A stretch of 64,000 nt of DNA from a virus (taxonomy: Duplodnaviria; Caudoviricetes): positions 1-64,000 of the IMG/VR virus record IMGVR_UViG_3300048609_000068. One strand, given 5' to 3'. Under the pieces are notes generated by a model. That model made no database searches and was not told where the DNA came from. It saw only the letters and a program-made list of their open reading frames with translations. Shown here in pieces: positions 1 through 7,606 of this stretch. The number at the start of each line of letters is the position of its first letter. Position 1 is the first letter of the stretch. The position numbers were made by a program, and so were the translations under genes.

Positions 1-107
1 CTCTTTAACTCTTTAAGATCTTTTTAAGATCTCTTTAATAATGTTTAGTTTTCGTTAACATTAAAGTAGATTTTTAAGATCTTGTTAAAGAATTTCCCGA
101 CAAGGTG

Positions 108-153
108 TGATCTTTAGTCATACTCGCTTCGCTCGTACCATGACTAAAGATCA
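108..153 (-). repeat. Hairpin element copy 1 (14-bp stem with GCGAAGC mini-hairpin in the loop)
   Basis: TGATCTTTAGTCAT (108-121) pairs with ATGACTAAAGATCA (140-153). It is nested in an outer stem 82-101/167-185. The minus-strand loop reads GGTACGAGCGAAGCGAGT. Confidence 0.85.
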
Positions 154-412
154 AACATCGTATAGGGTCGGGAAATTCTTAACAAACAATTTTCTGTCAT
201 GAGAATTACAAGGTCTATAGTCCTTCAAGAGTAAGATCTTTTTCTTCTCAGAAAGAATAATGATCACTTCGTGATCTGAAAGAGTAATAGTTAGAACCTT
301 TCTTATAAGAGAGTAGACTCAAGATCCTTACTTCTTCAAGGAACTACAAGAGTAATAGTCCTTTATGAGATCTTTAAAAGAGAAAGAGTCCTACAGGAGA
401 TGAAGCTAAAAT

Positions 413-479
413 ACGCGGAGTGAATGAAAAACGAACGTCACGAAGGTGACGGAAGTTATTTCATGGTTTCACTCCGCGT
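413..479. repeat. Nested inverted repeat / hairpin
   Basis: ACGCGGAGTGAA (413-424) pairs with TTCACTCCGCGT (468-479). Inner hairpin CGTCAC-GAAG-GTGACG at 436-451. Confidence 0.8.
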
Positions 480-854
480 GGATTAGGAGAGACGAATTCC
501 TTAAGGAGGCGACATCAGACATCCCGGAGGGATGGAAGATGTCTACTCCAAGGAATTCGGATCTCCCGGTAAAGTAAGTATAAGAAACAAGATGATAAAC
601 CTGAAGATCTTTCTTGATCCTTCTTCAAGATCATAAACTCTATTAGGATCCTTATTCTTTGTTTACATAATCTTTCAAGAGTATCAAGATCCTTCAAGAC
701 TATCTATGATCCTTTAAAGAATAAGGACTATGATCCTTGAGGTTTTAAGAAGGACTCTACTTAGTCTACGGATCCCTTACACAACGTGTATGTGCAGCTA
801 AACGCTAAAACCAAGTCTTCATCCTTCGGATGAATCCTAACGCTTATTAGCTGC

Positions 855-911
855 CATGTCTCCTTACAGGGTCTACTCGAAGACTCGTAGACAGACCCTG
901 AAGGAGACATG
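855..911. repeat. Long imperfect hairpin
   Basis: CATGTCTCCTT/AAGGAGACATG (855-865/901-911) plus CAGGGTCT/AGACCCTG, with a TC-GAA-GA tip. Confidence 0.8.
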
Positions 912-1012
912 TTAAAACCTCTTAAAACCCCTCTTGAAAAAATATTTATCTTTCAGAAGGAAGATATTAACTGCCGGACTGCTACGGAGTCTTACGGAGT
1001 AGCATGATGCTT

Positions 1013-1059
1013 TGATGTTTAGTCCTGGTTACGAACGAAGTGAGTAGGACTAAACATCA
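1013..1059 (+). repeat. Hairpin element copy 2 (inverted homologue of 108-153)
   Basis: TGATGTTTAGTCCT pairs with AGGACTAAACATCA around loop GGTTACGAACGAAGTGAGT. It is nested in the outer stem ACTGCCGGA/TCCGGCAGT (970-978/1069-1077). Confidence 0.85.
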
Positions 1060-1267
1060 ACACCTTATTCCGGCAGTGGGGGTAAAAAAATTAAAAAGAA
1101 AAATAAGTAAGGAATGATTAAAGACGATTAAAGACTAATACCTTATTAAAGACTCTGGATGGAAGAATACTAACTAGAGAGGGTAGAATAAGTAAGGTGA
1201 TAGAATAACTAAAGATTGGTAGATCTTTTTTGACTCTGTTGATTTAAAGATTAAATTAATTTATTAA

Positions 1268-1500
1268 CGCGCGCATGTGCGCGTGGGCGCGCGAAAGAAA
1301 AATTTTTTCGGAGAAAAAAATTTCGGCTGGCAAGAAAAATTTCGCGGCTGGAATTTTTCCGGGAAAATTTTCCCGGCGCGAAAACCCTCGCCGGGCTCCC
1401 TGCGTTTTGCGGATTGGCTTGGCTGTTCGTTTTTGCTCGGCTGCAGAGCGCGTGCGCGGCTTTCCCGAAAAAATAAAAAAAGCTACATGACACGCCAAAT
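1268..1500. other. CGCG blocks, repeated A/T tracts and an 18-bp perfect palindrome; candidate packaging (pac/cos) or terminus site
   Basis: CCGGGAAAATTTTCCCGG at 1359-1376. GA(n)TTT tracts at ~1297, 1313, 1334 and 1363. GCGCGC blocks at 1269-1293 and ~1448-1458. Confidence 0.4.
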
Positions 1501-1748
1501 ATGTGTCAAGAATTATTTTTTCGTGTCTAAATCCCCTTTGTTTTTGACGGGATACAGCGAGCAAAAATTTTGTCACTGCAGGCAATCAAAAAACGCTTCA
1601 TAACATATCTAAAGGCTTGGATTTCCTGATTAAAATTTTGTGATCCTATTTTCAAACTGACCGGTAATAACATGCCCTTTTCAAATCCTTACTTATTAAA
1701 AAGTGCCCTTTTTGGCAAAAACTAACTAAGAAACTGCTTTTTGAAAGT

Positions 1749-1762
1749 TGACTCGCGTGTCA
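1749..1762. promoter_or_regulatory. TGAC-N6-GTCA palindromic operator-like site
   Basis: tTGACtcgcgtGTCAa. The same motif occurs at 1869 and 4614. Confidence 0.5.
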
Positions 1763-1868
1763 AATGCCAGTTTTGACCGAAAAAAAGTGCATAAATGAAC
1801 AGAATCTGGAAAGTGTTCATTACAACAACCGATAGAAATCCACAATTTTCCTATTAAACCTTATTTTA

Positions 1869-1882
1869 TGACACTTTAGTCA
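1869..1882. promoter_or_regulatory. TGAC-N6-GTCA palindromic operator-like site
   Basis: aTGACactttaGTCAa, 120 bp from the 1749 copy. Confidence 0.45.
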
Positions 1883-2074
1883 ATGATTAAAAAACTAAAC
1901 TTCAAGGAAAATACCTTAGTTTTTTGGCCCAAAAAATAAACTTTTTGGGTGCTTTTATTGACACACCGTGTCAGATGCAGTGATAAAAGAATGATGGCGG
2001 TTTGTTGTATCACTGGGGATCTTTTTCAAAAAGATCAGGATATTCCGTATTTTATACGGGAAAGGAGATTTTTC

Positions 2075-3106
2075 ATGGACCAGACGGAACGGAAGCGGAT
2101 CATCCTGGTAACCCAGGGAGGAGCTGGAGACGTTCTTGCCCATACCCCCATGGTCCGGTACTACCGGAAGAAGTACCCGGAGGACGAACTCATCGTGGCG
2201 TCCACCTACGCGCAACTCTGGGAAAACAATCCAAATGTTGACAAGGTTGTCCCTTTGAACGCTGTAGAAGAGTTCTACCAGGATGAGATTCTGCACAAAG
2301 AAATCCGATTCGTGAAAAAACATTTCGTTTACGATTCAATTTTTGATGAACGCGGAAGAGGATCAAAATGTCTTCCGGAATTCATCTGTAAAATTTACGA
2401 TGCAGAATACGATGGTCAGAAGCTCGATTATTTTGTTGCAGAAAAAGAGAAGAAAATTGCAAAGACATTTCTTAGACAGTATCGAACTACGACAAAATTG
2501 CCGATCGTTCTCTTGCATTGCACAGGATCGATCGCTTCTGATGGAAATTTGAATAAATCAAATTCATTCAAAGATCTTGAGATTCCGAAAGTAGTAGAAC
2601 TGGTGAAACGGCAAAAGGAAAGAATCCTGTTCATTCAGATTGGGCTGAACGGGGAGCCTGTTGTAGAAGGGGCCATAGACGCGCTGGGGATGCCCATGCG
2701 TGAGGCGGTTGCACTGATCCCAGAGGTTGACTCCTTCCTTTTCATTGAGAGCCTCTTTGCCCATTGCAGCAACGCTCTGGGGAAGACCGGGCTTGTTGTC
2801 TTCCAGAATACCGATCCGACGTTCTTTGGCTACTCGAACAATCACAACCTGTCCTTCAGCGGAGGCTGTGCCGACTGGCCATGCAACCGACCCGTGGGAG
2901 CGCTCTTCGATCTGATGGCCGGGTACAGGAACCCCAAGACCCGGCAGAAGCTCCTCTGGGAGTGCAATGACCAACTCTGCAAGAAGATGCCTGTAGAGGA
3001 TGTGGAGAAGGCTTTGCTGGAAAGCCTGGAGAGAAAAGAGACGGGGTTGGAGCTTGCGAGGGGGGTACAACCCGGGCATCGACCGGCGCAGAATGCTATT
3101 TCCTGA
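2075..3106 (+). CDS. Glycosyltransferase family 9-like (heptosyltransferase-type GT-B fold)
   Basis: GGAGDVLAHTPMVR...KYP N-terminal motif and FLFIESLFAH...ALGK.G.VVF C-terminal motif. RBS AAAGGAG before ATG 2075. Confidence 0.8.
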   Translation: MDQTERKRIILVTQGGAGDVLAHTPMVRYYRKKYPEDELIVASTYAQLWENNPNVDKVVPLNAVEEFYQDEILHKEIRFVKKHFVYDSIFDERGRGSKCLPEFICKIYDAEYDGQKLDYFVAEKEKKIAKTFLRQYRTTTKLPIVLLHCTGSIASDGNLNKSNSFKDLEIPKVVELVKRQKERILFIQIGLNGEPVVEGAIDALGMPMREAVALIPEVDSFLFIESLFAHCSNALGKTGLVVFQNTDPTFFGYSNNHNLSFSGGCADWPCNRPVGALFDLMAGYRNPKTRQKLLWECNDQLCKKMPVEDVEKALLESLERKETGLELARGVQPGHRPAQNAIS

Positions 3107-3115
3107 AAGAAAGTA

Positions 3116-3436
3116 ATGTTGATCACCCTTGACTTTTTGGTTATCATTAGTTTTCTTTTTGTGTGCGCCGGAGCTCTTTGCAAGAAATCTGGACGCAAAT
3201 TGATGGGGCTGTTCTTTGTCGTCGGTGCGGCTTTATTTGGGGTTGCATTTTTTGTGAGGCTCACCTTTGCGGAGGCTACCCCAGAATATATCCAAACGGA
3301 TTGCAAGACCGCGTGCCTCAACAGGCACTTCCCGGGGAAAGTATCTACAGAAGATAGCGGGGCTATCAAACAATTTTACTGGTGCTGCAAGGGGTGCGAC
3401 ATCGCATTCTACAAAGCAAAGGGTAAAGTGGAATGA
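3116..3436 (+). CDS. Small membrane protein with Cys-rich C-terminal domain
   Basis: Two hydrophobic helices, then CKTAC...WCCKGC. Overlaps the next gene (ATGA). Confidence 0.55.
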   Translation: MLITLDFLVIISFLFVCAGALCKKSGRKLMGLFFVVGAALFGVAFFVRLTFAEATPEYIQTDCKTACLNRHFPGKVSTEDSGAIKQFYWCCKGCDIAFYKAKGKVE

Positions 3437-3822
3437 CTGCACAAATTATTCAGTCTCCTAGTCTGGAGAAGCAAAATAAGCAATACTCTATTTTCCTTGC
3501 CGGTGGAATTACTGGGTGCCCCGATTGGCAGAGCGTTCTTATTCCGTTGATTAGTGATCTGGACATCACGATCTATAATCCACGTAGAACAAATTTTGAC
3601 GTAAAAGATTTCTCGGTGGCTGAGATACAGATTGCATGGGAGTACGAGCGTCTCCATCATGTGGACGCTGTTTCCTTCTGGTTTGCTAAAGAAACCCTTC
3701 AGCCGATCGTTCTTTTTGAACTGGGTGGTGCGCTGGAACGCCCCATCACTGTTTTTGTGGGTGTTCATGCGGGGTATCCTCGGGAATCGAGAAGTATAGG
3801 TGACGGATCGTCAGGTAAGTAG
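3433..3822 (+). CDS. Nucleoside 2-deoxyribosyltransferase-like protein, apparently C-terminally truncated
   Basis: IFLAGGITGCPDWQ, IYNPRR, QIAWEYERL and IVLFELG motifs. After GVHAGYPR the reading continues into the antisense of the opposite gene. Confidence 0.7.
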   Translation: MTAQIIQSPSLEKQNKQYSIFLAGGITGCPDWQSVLIPLISDLDITIYNPRRTNFDVKDFSVAEIQIAWEYERLHHVDAVSFWFAKETLQPIVLFELGGALERPITVFVGVHAGYPRESRSIGDGSSGK

Positions 3823-4592
3823 ACTGTAGTGATCCGGAACGCAGCGAAGTGGGTGAGCACCCACGCAGCAGCAAGCCCCGTAGCGGCGTAGTCAATTCCT
3901 TGCTCGGAGAGAACATCGCGCACGAATCTAAGAAGTTCATCTCCTGATCGGTAATCAACGTGCCCTTGATAGAAGGTATGCTTCGAGAATTGGTAAGCAT
4001 CCTGCCAAGCGTCAAGTAAAAGTGAAGGGTTCTTGACTTGAATTCCGGAACGTCGGGTGAGATACTCTTCCTCCACCAGACGTGCAACAAGACGACTGAC
4101 TATGCCCTCAGTAAGCCCTGTGGCACGGGCGAGCGCACATTGCGTAACGCGCTCTTCAGAATGCGTAAGAAGCCAGCGAAGGACGCGCGAACTCTTTGGC
4201 GCAAATAGACTACGACCTACAGACTTGAATTTGTTTGGCTTTCCTTCGATGATGATTCGGATCCCCTGCGCGATAATATTGGCATTTCCACTCAGATCCA
4301 ACCACCCAACGCCTGCTTCCTTGCAGACCTTGCGCCCGACATCACTCATGAAAGGAACGGCGACCACGGGAATGCCACCATAAAGACGCCTTCCGCACAG
4401 TACTTTTTTAGCAGCAGACGCAACCAGCGCGGCCCCATTAGATAGGCTGGTCTCAATGACGAAGGTCCACCCTGCATTAACGATAAGAACACTTCCTGTG
4501 TCTTCGACGTTTGTTGGGGCTCCCCCAAAGAAATCGGCCAAAATCGCGGGCACTCTTGCTTTCAAGTACGCATGTTTAGACCGCCATTTCAT
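3765..4592 (-). pseudogene. Type IV TA antitoxin AbiEi-like / wHTH regulator, C-terminally truncated
   Basis: GWLDLSGNA, LFAPKSSRVLRWLL, wHTH TQCALARATGL..G.VSRLV, LLLDAW and YAATGLAAAW motifs. Ends abruptly at LLDSRGYPA. No toxin partner is present. Confidence 0.6.
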
Positions 4593-4599
4593 GTTCCAC

Positions 4600-4628
4600 A
4601 AAATAATTCAGCTTGACTGTTTTGTCAA
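4600..4628 (-). promoter_or_regulatory. Sigma70-type promoter with overlapping palindromic operator, giving a probably leaderless transcript of the AbiEi-like gene
   Basis: Minus strand TTGACA (4628-4623), 17 nt, TATTTT (4605-4600), 7 nt, ATG (4592). CTTGAC-N6-GTCAAG (4612-4629) overlaps the -35 box. Confidence 0.6.
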
Positions 4629-4754
4629 GAGAAAAATAAGATTAGGGAGCAAGAGGAGAAAGTGGGAAGGCACCGGTGACGACCTCTTGGGAATCCGAAG
4701 GTCCACGAGAATCCTCCAGGATCCTGAATTAGAAAAAACCCAAGAAATGCCCAT
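4608..4754 (-). CDS. Possible 48-aa small protein
   Basis: GAGGAGG RBS 6 nt before ATG. Translates as MGISWVFSNSGSWRILVDLRIPKRSSPVPSHFLLLLPNLIFLLTKQSS. Confidence 0.3.
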   Translation of the reverse strand: MGISWVFSNSGSWRILVDLRIPKRSSPVPSHFLLLLPNLIFLLTKQSS

Positions 4755-4912
4755 AGGTTACCTCCTCTTCAACGCTGAATAATGTTTATTGATTTCGGGG
4801 GGTTGAAGATTATTTTTCGTCCGCTGCATTTTTAAATTGACAAAAAAGACGTAGTTATTAAGGATGGTTGCGTCGAAGTTTTGCAGCGTACCCTTATTTT
4901 TGGAGAGCGTGC

Positions 4913-5497
4913 ATGGACCTTACGTTGACACAAACCGTTGTCCAGTACCGTCGTTTAGTGTTCAAAATCGCGAAGAGGTATCGCCGCAAGGGAATTGAGT
5001 TTGAGGATCTGGTGCAAGAGGGCTATGTGGGCCTGATCCACGCCTACGAGACCTACGATCCGACGCAATCGAAATTTATCACATGGGCGCACTGGCACAT
5101 CGTGGATCATCTCCAGCGGTTCTTTCATAAGAATATGGCGCCTGTTATCCTGCCCAGAGAATTTTTTAAAGGAAGCACAGCGTTGCCGGATGCCACCCGT
5201 GATTTTGTGCAAAGCGTGCTGAAGAGCACCCGGATCAATAATTTTGATAATGCCTCGGACGTTGATTGCCTTCCAGCTTCTCAGAAGGACCCTTCGGATC
5301 GGATATTCGCGCGGCTTGTGCTCGCGCGTGTTGATAGACTGCGTTACAAAGAAAAGAAGATCCTGATCGATCACGGTGTCCGTGAAAAGACGCTGGATGA
5401 GATTGGCTCAGAGCTTGACGTGACCCGGGAACGGGTACGACAAGTCTACAACATCGCTGTCCGAAAAGTCCGAAAAACTTTCCAACACTGTGTCTGA
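4913..5497 (+). CDS. Phage sigma-70 family RNA polymerase sigma factor (regions 2 and 4 only)
   Basis: EDLVQEGYVGLIHAYETYDP..KFITWA (region 2) and TLDEIGSELDVTRERVRQV (region 4.2). The start could be the upstream TTG at 4868. Confidence 0.9.
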   Translation: MDLTLTQTVVQYRRLVFKIAKRYRRKGIEFEDLVQEGYVGLIHAYETYDPTQSKFITWAHWHIVDHLQRFFHKNMAPVILPREFFKGSTALPDATRDFVQSVLKSTRINNFDNASDVDCLPASQKDPSDRIFARLVLARVDRLRYKEKKILIDHGVREKTLDEIGSELDVTRERVRQVYNIAVRKVRKTFQHCV

Positions 5498-5556
5498 TTA
5501 ACACAATTTAACATTAGTATTCCGATGCTTGTTACGATGGGTCGTGGAGGAGACCC

Positions 5557-6135
5557 ATGGATAAGATCGCGAAAACTTATGTTGGCTTGTGCGACCAGTG
5601 CCATTCGATTCAGCGGTATAACTATGATACACCGAGTGTCTGCACGATCTGCAAGAACCCGCTTCCTTCCTGGATTGATAAAACTAAGTCTGATAAACCC
5701 GAAAAGCCTGACCTTGTGCAATCCGAGGCTATTGCCTCGTTACAAAGATTTCGGAAGGTATTGTCTCAACTGCAACAAGATCTGCCATTCGAAAAGCCTA
5801 GAAAGTTAGGTCCAGAACGGGACACGAAGGAAGATTACGAAGAGTCTGTGATCGATATTTATGAAGAGCTTGACGCTGCTGGGATCCTTGGTTATGACAA
5901 GATGTTCGATAAGCCCGAAGAGGGTCTGTGGATCGCGGAAGAAATACTAGAGAAACACGGAATTTATTTTGCGGAGGTTCCGCAAATCGTCTCTCCTCAT
6001 CCATGGGATGTCCGGGGGGACGTCCGGATTCCTCTGGAATGGCCAGGAGAAGATGTTTATTACAATCTTACATACTCCTGGATGCGCACCTTGGAAGGAA
6101 ATTTTGCGTTCAGTGTCACGCTTTCTGCTGCGTAG
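5557..6135 (+). CDS. Hypothetical protein with N-terminal CxxC...CxxC zinc finger
   Basis: LCDQC...VCTICK. GGAGGAG RBS. Confidence 0.7.
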   Translation: MDKIAKTYVGLCDQCHSIQRYNYDTPSVCTICKNPLPSWIDKTKSDKPEKPDLVQSEAIASLQRFRKVLSQLQQDLPFEKPRKLGPERDTKEDYEESVIDIYEELDAAGILGYDKMFDKPEEGLWIAEEILEKHGIYFAEVPQIVSPHPWDVRGDVRIPLEWPGEDVYYNLTYSWMRTLEGNFAFSVTLSAA

Positions 6136-6143
6136 GAGATGCC

Positions 6144-6869
6144 ATGGTCATTGAATTCGATAAAGTTGCAGAAGCGGTTCCGGAAAAGGAGTCTCTGGAA
6201 CCTGCGGGACTCGCCGATCTGGATCCTCCGACCGCAAACACGCTTCAATTCGAGTGGATCCGACACGTTGAAAAAAATGGAAAGGATGCTCCATTCTATG
6301 TTTTTGACGACCTGGGAAAGCTCTTCCGGGTGAGCCCAGACAACGTGGGCGCATCGTTGACAGCGCTTCCTTTTGCTCAGCAGTGGGTTCCTGGGGGAAG
6401 ATCGCTGGTTCTGGAAGGTCCCGGTGCATGGGACCAACTCTATGCTTATTTTGGAAATAACTTCTGGCTTCCATCGTCAGCGGAGAAGAGTGCGACGCTT
6501 CGTGTGGAGGCAACGGAGGTTTTAGCCCAGACGTCCGCTCTCATGAGTAATATGGTAGACCTCCTCCTGAACAAATCTTCTTTTACCGCGCAGGATATCT
6601 TGGGATATCTTTCATCGGTGGCGCGCGAGGACAAGGGCAGGGACGCTATCTTGTCTCTTGGCTATAGCGTCGGAAATGACGTGGCGATAGCGATCTTACG
6701 CTCGATGATCAATGACTCGGGACTCCAGAATGAACTTGGTCAGTTGCAGTGGATACAGAAGAATACTCCAGAGGACATCGATCTCATTGATGAGATTCTG
6801 CATTCCAAACGCCCCGTGGATATGGGTAAGCATCACGAGGAGTATACAGCACCTGTCTATTTCGAGTAG
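6144..6869 (+). CDS. Hypothetical acidic protein
   Basis: AGGAG RBS before ATG 6144. Fits operon spacing. Confidence 0.7.
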   Translation: MVIEFDKVAEAVPEKESLEPAGLADLDPPTANTLQFEWIRHVEKNGKDAPFYVFDDLGKLFRVSPDNVGASLTALPFAQQWVPGGRSLVLEGPGAWDQLYAYFGNNFWLPSSAEKSATLRVEATEVLAQTSALMSNMVDLLLNKSSFTAQDILGYLSSVAREDKGRDAILSLGYSVGNDVAIAILRSMINDSGLQNELGQLQWIQKNTPEDIDLIDEILHSKRPVDMGKHHEEYTAPVYFE

Positions 6870-6875
6870 TCTCTC

Positions 6876-7220
6876 ATGACCAAAATCATTCAATGCTTTC
6901 GTTGGATCAAAGTAAACATCAAGATAGTTCTCTTTAGTTTTTGTGTAGGGATTGTGATGATATTCTGTGCCTGGGGAATTTACAAAAATAAAAGAGTGTC
7001 CATCTTGGAACAGAAAGTGGCCCTTCTGGCTGCAAAGCTTGAACTCGAAAAGGTCTTGGTTCAATATAATATATCCATGGATAATTTGCATGCGCTTCGA
7101 GAGAAAGATGCAAAGATTGGGGCGTCCTTGCGGGCTATTGAAGAAAGCCTCCTGGATAGGCTTCCTGCCCATATGACACCCGAAGAAATCGCTGCCAAGT
7201 TCAGGGAGATTGGATTGTGA
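6876..7220 (+). CDS. N-terminally anchored coiled-coil membrane protein (i-spanin-like)
   Basis: Single N-terminal TM helix followed by a heptad-rich region. Overlaps the next gene by 4 nt. Confidence 0.45.
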   Translation: MTKIIQCFRWIKVNIKIVLFSFCVGIVMIFCAWGIYKNKRVSILEQKVALLAAKLELEKVLVQYNISMDNLHALREKDAKIGASLRAIEESLLDRLPAHMTPEEIAAKFREIGL

Positions 7221-7606
7221 ATTTCCTTTTATTTTTTGTTGTACTCTCGAAAGTATTGCTCGTGGACAGCTTGTCCGATGTCACGACCTGCAAGAAAGGA
7301 AACAGGGAATATATTTGCTTCGATGCGGATTCGTCAAAGAGACTCTTGCAACTCCGGATCGATGCGACAAAGATACAGCAACAGATCCAGGAGCTGGAAA
7401 AATTGGTCAGTAATAAAGAGCAAGAGATTTCTTTGCTATTGTCCACAAGCAAAGGTTTATCGGAAGAATTGGAAAAATCAAAAGTAAAAATGGCCGAATT
7501 GTCAAAGTTGGAATGCCCCCATCGGTGGGTTGGCTGGATTGTCTCATTCGTTGTGGGAGCACTTTTAACGGCAGGGGGAGTTCTTTACCTGGAGAAAAAT
7601 AAATGA
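7217..7606 (+). CDS. Membrane protein with N-terminal signal-like segment, coiled coil and C-terminal TM (spanin partner candidate)
   Basis: MNFLLFFVVL..., a coiled coil, then WVGWIVSFVVGALLTAGGVLY. No canonical lipobox. Confidence 0.4.
   Translation: MNFLLFFVVLSKVLLVDSLSDVTTCKKGNREYICFDADSSKRLLQLRIDATKIQQQIQELEKLVSNKEQEISLLLSTSKGLSEELEKSKVKMAELSKLECPHRWVGWIVSFVVGALLTAGGVLYLEKNK

Larger units (their letters stand above)
1..1250. other. AT-rich non-coding region with many hairpins and GATC words; candidate replication origin or genome-end region
   Basis: No credible ORF. 19 GATC in 1-774. At least six stem-loops tipped by CGAAG/CTTCG. ATTAAAGAC repeated at 1117, 1127 and 1145. Confidence 0.55.

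Noticed and set aside
515-1603. ORFs 515..697, 1251..1493, 1256..1585, 1275..1490 and 1277..1603
   Set aside because: Low-complexity F/K/R translations produced by A/T tracts and palindromes; no RBS and no family motifs.
1-1950. CRISPR array or tRNA in the non-coding region
   Set aside because: No regularly spaced identical repeats with unique spacers and no cloverleaf with T-loop/CCA; the repeats are inverted and irregular.
4837-4865. Sigma70 promoter for the sigma gene at TTGACA 4837
   Set aside because: No acceptable -10 hexamer at 16-18 nt spacing, so not called.
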